Source of the DNA: Anaerolineaceae bacterium
Lineage (GTDB): Bacteria; Chloroflexota; Anaerolineae; Anaerolineales; Anaerolineaceae
NCBI GenBank assembly: GCA_034430195.1
Contig: DAOUFF010000049.1
Location: 10,271-74,270 of the forward strand
DNA length: 64,000 bases
Direction of reading: 5' to 3'
Shown here: piece after piece, positions 17,737 through 26,178 of the stretch
Numbering within the stretch: the stretch's first letter is position 1
How the letters are laid out: every line of letters begins with the position of its first letter
Position numbers and translations under genes: made by a program
Notes under the pieces: generated by a model
The model's input: only the letters and a program-made list of their open reading frames with translations
Database searches by the model: none
Told to the model about the DNA's origin: nothing

Positions 17737-18738
17737 TTAAACCGGCTGAATGGGTACCAACCGGCCTGCCTGCGCGGCAGAAGTGTGCACGGCCAGAGCT
17801 GCCGCCAACGCACGAATGCCATCTTCGAGGCTGCAGATAGGCGCTTCGGCACCGCGGCAAACTTGAACAAAATGCGCCATTTCTGCCAAAAACAGACTGT
17901 TGCGTTCAAAGTCGGCGGGCGGGTCCAGGCGCTGCCACTTTTTATCCGCGGTGGTGTATATTTCTGCTGAGCCGCTGGCATTGTTCCAACGGACAAATCC
18001 GGCGCTGCAGGTAACCTCCAGCCAATGAGCCGGCGGGCGTTGGTAATAGTCCAGATGTACCTGGGCGCGCGCTCCCGATTCAAACAAGAGGGTGATTTCC
18101 GCGCTGTCTTCCACTTCAATTTCCAGGTCGCTGATGTGAGCGGTGGTGGCGCTGAGGACCTGCGTCTCGCCCAACAGCCAGCGCAGGTAGTCCAAAGGGT
18201 GCGAGAGGGTCAGTACGACGCCGCCGCCCAGGGAGGGCTGCGCAGCGTAAGAAAGGCGGTAATCTTCCCAGGGGTGCCAGTCTGGCAAATACTCTCCCCA
18301 GTGAGCCTGAGCGGAGAGCGGCAGCCCCAGCTGACTGGAAGCCAAAATGGATTTCACCTGCTGCAAAACGGGGTGATGGCGGAAGTGGAAGCCAACCAGT
18401 GCCTGCTTATGGTGCAGCGCCAGTTCCTGGCGCAGCTCGGGCAAACCTTCCAGCTTATGTGAGACCGGTTTTTCAATCATCAAATGGCAACCGGCTGCTG
18501 CGGCGGGCAGCGCCACACTCAGGTGGGCGGCGCTGGGGTTGCAAATAATGGCAGCATCCGGTTTTTCAGCCAAAGCTTCGCCCAGATCGGTAAAAGTGGG
18601 TAAACCGGCCAGGTCATCATCCGGCAGGGTGGCATGATGGGTACGGAAGAGCAGAATGTCTTCCTGGCCCAGCGACCGCAGGTTGCGCAGATGACGTCTG
18701 CCGATGGAACCCAAACCTGCGATCAGGAACTTCATCAT
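17737..18738 (-). CDS. Gfo/Idh/MocA family oxidoreductase
   Basis: MMKFLIAGLGSIGRRHLRNL Rossmann N-terminus, MIEKP motif. Start set at ATG 18738, an ATGA overlap with the upstream stop. Confidence 0.75.
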   Translation of the reverse strand: MMKFLIAGLGSIGRRHLRNLRSLGQEDILLFRTHHATLPDDDLAGLPTFTDLGEALAEKPDAAIICNPSAAHLSVALPAAAAGCHLMIEKPVSHKLEGLPELRQELALHHKQALVGFHFRHHPVLQQVKSILASSQLGLPLSAQAHWGEYLPDWHPWEDYRLSYAAQPSLGGGVVLTLSHPLDYLRWLLGETQVLSATTAHISDLEIEVEDSAEITLLFESGARAQVHLDYYQRPPAHWLEVTCSAGFVRWNNASGSAEIYTTADKKWQRLDPPADFERNSLFLAEMAHFVQVCRGAEAPICSLEDGIRALAAALAVHTSAAQAGRLVPIQPV

Positions 18739-19757
18739 TCTCCGCCTTTCTGGTGCAGCAGCTTGTAAAGGCGATTGATCAGACCCTGCAGAAAGGCACG
18801 GACGTGCTTGTTCTGCCAAAACCCACCTTGGGAGCCCTTTTTGACTGAAAGCGCAACCGCCTGAGCGTGGATTCCATCCCGGGAAGCCAAAGCTGCCACT
18901 TCGGCATCGATGGCATTGCCCAACAGGCGCATTGTTTGGGGGTAGGTTGTCAGCCTCAGGTACCCAAGCGCATCCATGCGATCATCCATCTCGACCATGC
19001 GGCCCATCAGCTGGTCACTCCAGCCCTCGGGCAGCATGCTCTCCAACACCTGCAAAAGCACTGCTTTGGGGGTCATCACCTGAAAATGATGGGCTGAAAC
19101 CCAGGCTTTGACGCCGCCAAGCGTCACAATGACATCCTGGATGCCGGCAATCTCGCTCTGGTAGCGCTGCTCGTCCCGGCCGGCGTTGATCATGTACTCT
19201 TCTTCCCATTTACGCGGGATGAGATTGCCGCGCTGTACGGCAGAGGGGTTTTGAGCCTCCAGCTGGGCGGCCCATGCCAGCGTCTGGTCCGAACTCATGG
19301 CCACGCGCTGTTTAATGTAAAAACCGGTGACGGCGCCTACATTGGGGAAAGTTTCCATCACCTTCAGGTGTTCTGGCAGCCAGCCGGGCAGGTGATAGAC
19401 ATCATCATCGGTATAGGCAATCATCTGACCCTGGGCGCAGTTGGCGATGCGCCAGAGGGCATTCAGCTTGCCGATATTTTTGTCCGAGAGGAGCAGCGTG
19501 TTGATTTTGCCCTGCGCATAAAGGCCCTGTAAGAACGAAACCATTTCTTGACTGGAGCCGTTATCAAACACCAGCAGCTCGTAGGGCTGAGCGGTGTTGG
19601 CCAGGATGCTTTCCAGAGTCAGGCGGGTCACATCCAGCCGGTGTTGAAAGTAACCGGCTTGATGCGGCGCGTAAACCAGAACCGCAACGGTGACACGCGG
19701 CCGTTCAAAGTCCACCTTTTGGCTGCGGGAAGGGTTCATGCCGATGCGGGCCATCAA
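18735..19757 (-). CDS. Glycosyltransferase family 2
   Basis: VTVAVLVYAPHQ ... YELLVFDNGSS ... IAYTDDDVYHLPGWL (DxD). Confidence 0.75.
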   Translation of the reverse strand: MMARIGMNPSRSQKVDFERPRVTVAVLVYAPHQAGYFQHRLDVTRLTLESILANTAQPYELLVFDNGSSQEMVSFLQGLYAQGKINTLLLSDKNIGKLNALWRIANCAQGQMIAYTDDDVYHLPGWLPEHLKVMETFPNVGAVTGFYIKQRVAMSSDQTLAWAAQLEAQNPSAVQRGNLIPRKWEEEYMINAGRDEQRYQSEIAGIQDVIVTLGGVKAWVSAHHFQVMTPKAVLLQVLESMLPEGWSDQLMGRMVEMDDRMDALGYLRLTTYPQTMRLLGNAIDAEVAALASRDGIHAQAVALSVKKGSQGGFWQNKHVRAFLQGLINRLYKLLHQKGGE

Positions 19758-20707
19758 ATTCCTCCCTGATTGCCCTCAGACTGGCCAGCGGCCTGCGCCA
19801 AGGCGCGCTGCCGTTGGCGTTCTTTGAACGCTCTTCTGGGGTGAAACAAGCTGAAAAGGATCTGGGTCAGCGCGTAATTACCGTATTTAAGAAGCGGAAA
19901 GACTTCCAAATTGCGGAAGAAACGCCGGGCTGTGATGCGAACCGGCTGCAGACTGCCATTTTCCCATTCATGTGTGGCATCATCCAAAGTAAAGATGGTG
20001 CGCCTCCCACCAGCCAGGCGGATATTTTCGCCGGTTTCGGGCAGTCGATAATGCGGCTGGCCATTGGGCAGGTGGCTGTAGTCGTGGCTTTGATGGATCA
20101 CATCCAACATGCCAGATCCATCGATGACTGGCCAGCCTTGTTTGCGGGCGAAGTAGATCATCCAGTTATCCCAGCCGGCTCGGCCAATGCTGAAGGGTGG
20201 AATTTCTGTGAAACATTCGCGCGGGAAGATGAAATAATCTGAGCCAGCGCGCACATGCAGCTTGCCCTGGCGGCGCATCCGCTCGCGCAGGGCTGCTGCC
20301 CAGTCGCTAGAGAAATCGAGGGCTTCTTTCACCTCCAGGTCCCAGCGCTGACCAACCAACAGGAATCTTTCCATCCTCTTGCCAAGTTCCTCGACAGCAG
20401 TAATGGTTTCGGGGAAAAGCAGAATGTCTGCATTGACATAAGCCAATAATGGGCTGGAATTGACGGAGCGCCCCAGCTCAAAAATGGAATTGACCAGCGG
20501 CGTGCCCAGGGCGTTGCTTTGAACTTTGGGCAAGTGCAGCAGGCCGTACTCGCGCGCGACTTCGGTCATCCCCTGTTCCTGTCCAATCAGTGCAATCTGA
20601 ACCGCTGGACCCAAAGCCATCCAGGAACGCAGCGCATTGCGCTGAATCAGCGCGATGTGTGGGTTGGTAAAGGGTTTGGGGGCGGTAAAGACCGTCAGCA
20701 GCGGCAT
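19754..20707 (-). CDS. Hypothetical protein, possibly a GT-A-fold glycosyltransferase-like enzyme
   Basis: 317 aa, coupled by ATGA to the downstream GT2. MPLLTVFTAPKPFTNPHIALIQRNALRSW ... YVNADILLF ... GSDYFIF ... GRAGWDNWM. I recognise no named family with confidence. Confidence 0.35.
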   Translation of the reverse strand: MPLLTVFTAPKPFTNPHIALIQRNALRSWMALGPAVQIALIGQEQGMTEVAREYGLLHLPKVQSNALGTPLVNSIFELGRSVNSSPLLAYVNADILLFPETITAVEELGKRMERFLLVGQRWDLEVKEALDFSSDWAAALRERMRRQGKLHVRAGSDYFIFPRECFTEIPPFSIGRAGWDNWMIYFARKQGWPVIDGSGMLDVIHQSHDYSHLPNGQPHYRLPETGENIRLAGGRRTIFTLDDATHEWENGSLQPVRITARRFFRNLEVFPLLKYGNYALTQILFSLFHPRRAFKERQRQRALAQAAGQSEGNQGGI

Positions 20708-20712
20708 AAGCC

Positions 20713-22410
20713 TTATTCCTCCAGGGGGAGCCAGGTGCGCTTGGGAGCGAGATGTTCCAAAATTTTCCGGCGGGTCATTCCCAGACGGCGCTTGAGCGCC
20801 ACTGCTTTTTCGGGAACTACCGTGCCGGCCGGCGTTACGGAGGGAACCGGCTCTGCCAGAGCGGAAATGTAAAGCGGCAGGGTTTCAGAGCGGGGGTAGC
20901 CATGGCTGCGGATTTGGCGCAGCCGGAAGCCAGCCTGCAGCAGCATCTGCGTCAATGTGTGGCGGGTAAAGCAGCTCAGATGAGCCAACTCAAAGCTGTC
21001 GTGGGCGTACAGGTTGGGCACTTCCAGCAACAACATTCCCCCTTCGTTCAGCAGCCGTTCACGGATAGCCGTCAGGGTTTCAAGGGGCTGGCTGAGATGC
21101 TCCAGCACGTGCATCATTGTGATCAGGTCAAATTTCCCATCTTGTTCCGAGAGCGCTTCCAGTGATGCGGCCACCCGTAGCCCTTTGTGTTCCGCCAGGG
21201 CGCGGTAGGCGTCGCCTGGTTCCACGCCGACGGCCTCGGCGACGAAAGCATCACGCAGTGCTTCCAAGAGGATGCCGCTAGAAGACCCCACATCCAACAC
21301 CCGCCGCGGGTGAGAAGGCAAGACTTGCCGCAAATAGCGCACCTGATCTGCTGCGCGCAGGGCCTGCTGGCGCAAGTCTTTGGCGGTCGGTTCCGCGCTG
21401 GCCTGGTAGATGCGGCGATAGGTTTCAGCGTAAAAAGATGGATCCGCGGCCTGGGCTTCGGCGCTGTTTTGAAAGACGAAACCGCAGCGCTCACAGATAT
21501 AGTAGCGCACAGAAAAATCAAACGATCGGACTTCTTGGAATAGGCGGGCCTGGGTGTGACCGCACAACGGGCAATCTGGCTCACTTTTCGGGGTATGTTC
21601 CGGCATTAATGGCCGGGATTCCGTTTGGTTTGGGGCTGCCGGCTGAGCGGCGCGGCTGTCCACGTCGAACAAGCTCTTGTGCTGCACCTCTGCAACCAGC
21701 GTCTGCCATTCCGGATGGCGTTCATTCTCACGCAGCAAGTCTTCCAGGGTAAAGTCGTCACGGTCGTCAAAGGCGGCATAGACAGCGTTTGCCAGCTTCA
21801 AGTCTTCTGCTGTATCCACCGTGAAACGCAGGTGCCCAAGGCTTGGCTGGCGCTCCACAAGCTTGACACTGAAGCGCCCGGGCTGGTCATAGAGGTAGGG
21901 CATGACATGCTCCCGTTCATAAGGAGCGCTGGCCTGTTCCCAGGCCTGCTGCAGCGCAGAGAAACGGCATACTTCCACGTCCATGCCGATCGGGCTGGTG
22001 CGAATGAATGGCGGAGGCAGGCGGTTGGCCGCAAAATCGGCACCGCTTTCAGCGAATGCGGCCACAACCCGGTCAACTTCTGCCGGGTCAATCATCGGGC
22101 AGTCGGCGGTGATGCGCACGATCACATCCGCAGCAAAGTGCAGTGCTGCCTGGTAATAGCGATCCAAGACGTCAAAGCTATTCCCGCGAAAAAATGGGAT
22201 TGCTTGTGCCGCGCAAAAATCGGCAATTGGGTCGTCGATGACCTCGCTGGTTGTGGCGACGGCGGTCAGATCCAGGCTTTTGGCGCGCCGGGTTCTGGCC
22301 AGCACACGCGCCAGCATTGGCTGCGAGCCGACCGGCAGGAGCACTTTGCCTGGCAGCCGGCTGGAACCCATGCGGGCTTGAATGATGGCGACAACTTTTG
22401 GCTGGCTCAA
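20713..22410 (-). CDS. Fusion protein: SpsF/PseF-like cytidylyltransferase (N-terminal) + Zn-ribbon class I SAM methyltransferase (C-terminal)
   Basis: N-terminal VVAIIQARMGSSRLPGKVLLPVG ... RITADCPMIDP (about aa 1-245). C-terminal CPLCGH ... CERCGF (Cys4), then VLDVGSSSGILLE (SAM motif I) and MMHVLEHL (about aa 280-565). Confidence 0.75.
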   Translation of the reverse strand: MSQPKVVAIIQARMGSSRLPGKVLLPVGSQPMLARVLARTRRAKSLDLTAVATTSEVIDDPIADFCAAQAIPFFRGNSFDVLDRYYQAALHFAADVIVRITADCPMIDPAEVDRVVAAFAESGADFAANRLPPPFIRTSPIGMDVEVCRFSALQQAWEQASAPYEREHVMPYLYDQPGRFSVKLVERQPSLGHLRFTVDTAEDLKLANAVYAAFDDRDDFTLEDLLRENERHPEWQTLVAEVQHKSLFDVDSRAAQPAAPNQTESRPLMPEHTPKSEPDCPLCGHTQARLFQEVRSFDFSVRYYICERCGFVFQNSAEAQAADPSFYAETYRRIYQASAEPTAKDLRQQALRAADQVRYLRQVLPSHPRRVLDVGSSSGILLEALRDAFVAEAVGVEPGDAYRALAEHKGLRVAASLEALSEQDGKFDLITMMHVLEHLSQPLETLTAIRERLLNEGGMLLLEVPNLYAHDSFELAHLSCFTRHTLTQMLLQAGFRLRQIRSHGYPRSETLPLYISALAEPVPSVTPAGTVVPEKAVALKRRLGMTRRKILEHLAPKRTWLPLEE

Positions 22411-22419
22411 TCTGGATCC

Positions 22420-23058
22420 CTATGGCTGCGCTGAGTCAATTTCAATCGACCCGACGCTGATTTCGAAGGTGGACTGTTGGGCGGCCAGGTTGGCGGGCGT
22501 GGTCATGAAAAGCGTCAGCCAAAGCTGATCGTCCTCTTTGAATACGTAGCCGGCCCAGGCGTTGTTTTCGTCTGAGTAGACCAGGCGGGTGACATCCCGG
22601 CCGCCCAGGTTGATATTGTCTTGATCGACCGAAACTTTCTCGCTCCCCAAAATTTGCTCCAGCGCCAGGGTTAGCATCGAGATAGGCATGCCGGCCAGGC
22701 TGCTGTTGCGGATGATGAGCAGACGGGTCGGAGAAACCGCCGGAGCCGCTGAGTCATACCCCCACCAGCAAACCTCTTCTTCCAGGTTTTTCACCAGGTC
22801 ACCCAATGGACTGTCTTCACCGCCAATGAGGCTGGTCAAGGTCTCCATGATCTGAGGAAGTTGGTCTTTGATGTCTTCTTCAACGTATGCGGGCGGTAAA
22901 AGCAAGCGCATGCCGCGGCCTTCATAAAGCTGCATGCCCAGGTCGGGCGTGGCAGTCGGGGGAACCTCCAGGGTGGGTGTCGCTGTCAGCCCGGGAAAGT
23001 TACAGGCCAATGTGGCCAGGAGCAGAACTGAGATAATCATCAGAAATCTTTTTTTCAT
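22420..23058 (-). CDS. Secreted/lipid-anchored hypothetical protein
   Basis: Start moved to ATG 23058 (ATGA overlap with the GT4 stop). MKKRFLMIISVLLLATLACNFPG is a signal peptide with a lipobox-like LATLAC. No recognisable domain. Confidence 0.6.
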   Translation of the reverse strand: MKKRFLMIISVLLLATLACNFPGLTATPTLEVPPTATPDLGMQLYEGRGMRLLLPPAYVEEDIKDQLPQIMETLTSLIGGEDSPLGDLVKNLEEEVCWWGYDSAAPAVSPTRLLIIRNSSLAGMPISMLTLALEQILGSEKVSVDQDNINLGGRDVTRLVYSDENNAWAGYVFKEDDQLWLTLFMTTPANLAAQQSTFEISVGSIEIDSAQP

Positions 23059-24170
23059 ATTGGTCTTCTTTTCAATGAAGCGAAAGTGTTCTCGTAACTG
23101 TCTAACAGAACCTGTCGATTGCGCTTCCAATCCGCTTTTTCTACAGCGGTCTGACGGGCCAGCAAGCTGGCTGAGTGCAAGTCTTTCTGCGGGAGGCTTA
23201 AGATTAAACCGGCCAGCGAAGAATCGCTGCCATCCGGGAAAATCCATCCGTTTTCATCCGGGCGGACCCACTCCAGGTTGGCCGGGATGTCTGACACGAC
23301 GGCCGGCAGTCCGCATGCTAGCGCCTCCATCAAGGAGACGGAAGAACCATCAACATGGCTCGGGCTGATGTAGACGTCTGCCGCGCCGTAATATGTGACC
23401 AATCGGTCGTTGGGAACCCGCCCACCAAAGTGGACTTTATCGCTCACACCGCCGGTCTGCAGGATGGCACGAATTTTTTCGGATTGGCTGCCATCGCCCA
23501 ACAAAACCAGGCGCAGTTTGTCATTCTTTTTGGCGGCCTGAACGAAAGCCCGCGCCAAAACATCTACGCCATAGTTGGGCTCCCAGGAGCGCAAGCAGAG
23601 CAGCACGGTTTGATCCTGCCAGCCTTGGGCTGCCCGCCAGGTCTTCCCGGGAACGACGGCTGAGAGCGGAGAAAAATGCTCCAGATCGACACCCCAGGGA
23701 AACTGATAAATGCGCTCTTGAGGGAATCCCATCCGGGTAGCCACCTGAGCGGCGGCCTGGCAGTCCACAATCAGCCCCTGTGAATGTCGGAGCGTATAGC
23801 GTGTGCGATAACGGTTGCCAAGGGTTGTATGCGATTCTTTCATCAGGTCGAAACCCCAGCTCATGCTAAGCAGTGGCTGGAAGTGTCCCCGCGCGGCCAA
23901 AAAGGCGACGTCATGAATTGGGCCGGCATGAATCAGGTCGGGCTGCAGTTCTTTCAAAATGGCGCGCAGCTGTTTCAGCAGGTATTGAACCTGCCGAAGG
24001 CTGGCACCCCGCGGAAGGCCTTCCCAGGCGAGGGGGGTGACGCCCGGCGGCGTGGGATAGTCCCCCTGGTAAAGACGCAAAACAAAGCCATCATGACCGC
24101 TGCTCGCCAGCGCTTTCATAAAACGCTGGTCATGGGTAGAGTCGGAGCGGGTCATGTACAGAATGCGCAT
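23055..24170 (-). CDS. Glycosyltransferase family 4 (GT-B, Glycos_transf_1)
   Basis: MRILYMTRSD ... LVLLGDGSQ ... ADVYISPSHVDGSSVSLMEALACGLPAVVSD (E-x7-E region). Confidence 0.8.
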   Translation of the reverse strand: MRILYMTRSDSTHDQRFMKALASSGHDGFVLRLYQGDYPTPPGVTPLAWEGLPRGASLRQVQYLLKQLRAILKELQPDLIHAGPIHDVAFLAARGHFQPLLSMSWGFDLMKESHTTLGNRYRTRYTLRHSQGLIVDCQAAAQVATRMGFPQERIYQFPWGVDLEHFSPLSAVVPGKTWRAAQGWQDQTVLLCLRSWEPNYGVDVLARAFVQAAKKNDKLRLVLLGDGSQSEKIRAILQTGGVSDKVHFGGRVPNDRLVTYYGAADVYISPSHVDGSSVSLMEALACGLPAVVSDIPANLEWVRPDENGWIFPDGSDSSLAGLILSLPQKDLHSASLLARQTAVEKADWKRNRQVLLDSYENTFASLKRRPI

Positions 24171-24173
24171 ATA

Positions 24174-25244
24174 TCAGGCCTGCCCCAGCGCGGTCCAACG
24201 CAATTCCTGGCCCATCTCCAGGGGAACAATGGCGCGCGTGCCGACTACCTGGTCGATCTCGTAGGGAGCAATTGCTCCGGGGGAGGCCGGCCTCAGCACG
24301 TCGATCATGTCTCGCGTCAAAACTTCTCCGGCAGCGATCGGGCGCGCAGCGCGCAGGCAGCGCCTTTGAACCACTGCGGTTTCCTGCTCGTTGGCGGCAA
24401 TCGTCTTGTTGCCGCTGCCCAGTGCGCGTTCCAGCTGGCGGGTGGCGGTCACCATTTCAGCCCAAGACTGTGGATTCATGGCGAAAGCATGGTCCGGGCC
24501 TTCACGCTGGTTGTCGTCTGTAAAATGTTTTTCGATGACCCGCGCCCCCAAGGCGACCGCCCCCAAAACCGTGGCATGCCCGTGGGTGTGATCTGAAAGG
24601 CCCAAAACTAAATCGGGCCACATCTCGTGATAAGTCCGCAACACATTCAAGTGAATATTGTCGAAATTGCCATCGGCAGCGGTGTAATTGGTATTACACT
24701 GCATGAGGATCAGCTGGCTGTTGATAGCCAAAATCGCGTCTACGGCACGCTGCACATCGCCAATGGTGGAGGCACCGGTGGCCAGCAAGACGGGTTTGGC
24801 TTTGGCGGCCATGCGTTGGCAGCTCTCCAACCAGGTGATATCGCCTGAACCGATTTTATAGGCGGGTACGAATGGGTCCAACATGTCAATGGCTTCAAAG
24901 TCATAGGGTGCTGAAAAATATTCAATACCAACCTCGTCGCAAGCGCCTTTGAGCAGCGGGGTCCATTCGAATGGCAGGGAAGCTTCGCTGTAAACCTGGG
25001 TGACGGATTTTTTCCATCCGGCCTGGTGTGAGACCTGTGCATTCATGTGCCCAAAGCCATACTCAGAGACGATTTTTGGAGCGCGAAAGTTTTGAAACTT
25101 GGCCGCATTGGCGCCAGCTTGCGCTGCCAGCCGGATCAGATCCAAAGCCCGCTCCAGGCTGCCGTCATGATTGGCCGCAATATCTGCAATAAAATAGGTC
25201 GGGTGGCTTGCACCAACCAACGTTTTCCCGATTCTAAGCGCCAT
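24174..25244 (-). CDS. NeuB/PseI/LegI-type nonulosonic acid synthase, full length with SAF domain
   Basis: HPTYFIADIAANHDGSLERALDLIRLAAQAGANAAKFQNF, KIGSGD, LATGAST, GLSDHT. C-terminal SAF-like RPIAAGEVLTRDMIDVLRP. Confidence 0.85.
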   Translation of the reverse strand: MALRIGKTLVGASHPTYFIADIAANHDGSLERALDLIRLAAQAGANAAKFQNFRAPKIVSEYGFGHMNAQVSHQAGWKKSVTQVYSEASLPFEWTPLLKGACDEVGIEYFSAPYDFEAIDMLDPFVPAYKIGSGDITWLESCQRMAAKAKPVLLATGASTIGDVQRAVDAILAINSQLILMQCNTNYTAADGNFDNIHLNVLRTYHEMWPDLVLGLSDHTHGHATVLGAVALGARVIEKHFTDDNQREGPDHAFAMNPQSWAEMVTATRQLERALGSGNKTIAANEQETAVVQRRCLRAARPIAAGEVLTRDMIDVLRPASPGAIAPYEIDQVVGTRAIVPLEMGQELRWTALGQA

Positions 25245-25257
25245 CTCTCCTCCTAAA

Positions 25258-26178
25258 TCAGGCAGACCAGGCTGCCAGCTTTTCCCTCAAGCCTTCCTGC
25301 CAGGCAAGTTTCAAGGCGCGGATGCCGTCCGGGCCAGAAGGCAGGTCAAGGCCGAGGGCTTCGCAAAGCTTATCGGAGCGCATACTCAGGTTAAGCGGCC
25401 GGGCGGCAGCCAAACCAACATCGGCGCTCTCAGTCGGGCTGACCAACGTCTCATCCAAATCAAATTCACGCGCGATTTCAACACCAAAAGCATATTTGCT
25501 GATGGGTTGGGCGCCAAACACGTGGAAGAGGCCGTGCTGATTGCCGGCCGCCAATTTTAAAAGTATTTCCGCCAGGTGCCCTACATACAGCGGGGTGAAA
25601 ATCATGTCGGTGAAACCCATCACCGTTTGTTCCATCGTCAGGTGATTGTAGAAGAATTCGGCCAGGCTGCGCTTGCCCACGATGGACCAGCCATAAAACA
25701 CGACTCGGGCGATCAAAGCGTCTGGATTAAGCTCTGCCACAGCCTCTTCGCCCTTCAGTTTGCTGTGGGCATAAGTGTTCAATGGGTGGGGCATATCGCT
25801 CTCAGTGTAATCGCCTTTGGTACCGTCAAAGACGGCATCCGTGGAGATGTGAATCAGGCGGATGCCTTGCCTGGCAGCAGCTGCGGCGATGGCTGCTGGC
25901 GCTTCTGCGTTTAGCCGGTAGGCCAGCGCGCCGTTCTTTTCAGCTGTATCCACATTGGCCAGGGCAGCGCAATGAATGATCACATCCGGCCGGGTCTCAG
26001 CGATCCTCTCGGAAATTTGATCCGACGCGGTCAGGTCCACCTGGCTGGTCTGAAAAGGGGCATGGGGCAGGTCGAGGGTGTTTGTCCAACCGGTGACGTC
26101 ATAACCGTTTTCGAGAGCTGAGAGCGCCAGGTTTGACCCCAGCAGTCCACTGGCTCCGGTGATGAGAAGTTTGGTCAT
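25258..26178 (-). CDS. RmlD-like NAD(P)-dependent sugar 4-reductase (dTDP-4-dehydrorhamnose reductase family)
   Basis: MTKLLITGASGLLGSNL, IIHCAA, ISTDAVFDG ... Y..SK; 306 aa. Confidence 0.7.
   Translation of the reverse strand: MTKLLITGASGLLGSNLALSALENGYDVTGWTNTLDLPHAPFQTSQVDLTASDQISERIAETRPDVIIHCAALANVDTAEKNGALAYRLNAEAPAAIAAAAARQGIRLIHISTDAVFDGTKGDYTESDMPHPLNTYAHSKLKGEEAVAELNPDALIARVVFYGWSIVGKRSLAEFFYNHLTMEQTVMGFTDMIFTPLYVGHLAEILLKLAAGNQHGLFHVFGAQPISKYAFGVEIAREFDLDETLVSPTESADVGLAAARPLNLSMRSDKLCEALGLDLPSGPDGIRALKLAWQEGLREKLAAWSA

Noticed and set aside
21625-22434. Long antisense ORFs opposite real genes, for example 21625..22434(+), 28086..28847(+), 28851..29663(+), 39929..40636(+), 6593..7267(-), 44843..45562(-), 15972..16529(+), 57004..57525(+)
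   Set aside because: Each lies entirely inside a gene with strong family motifs on the other strand. Their translations are Arg/Gly/Pro/His-rich with no motifs, which is the expected artefact of high-GC DNA.
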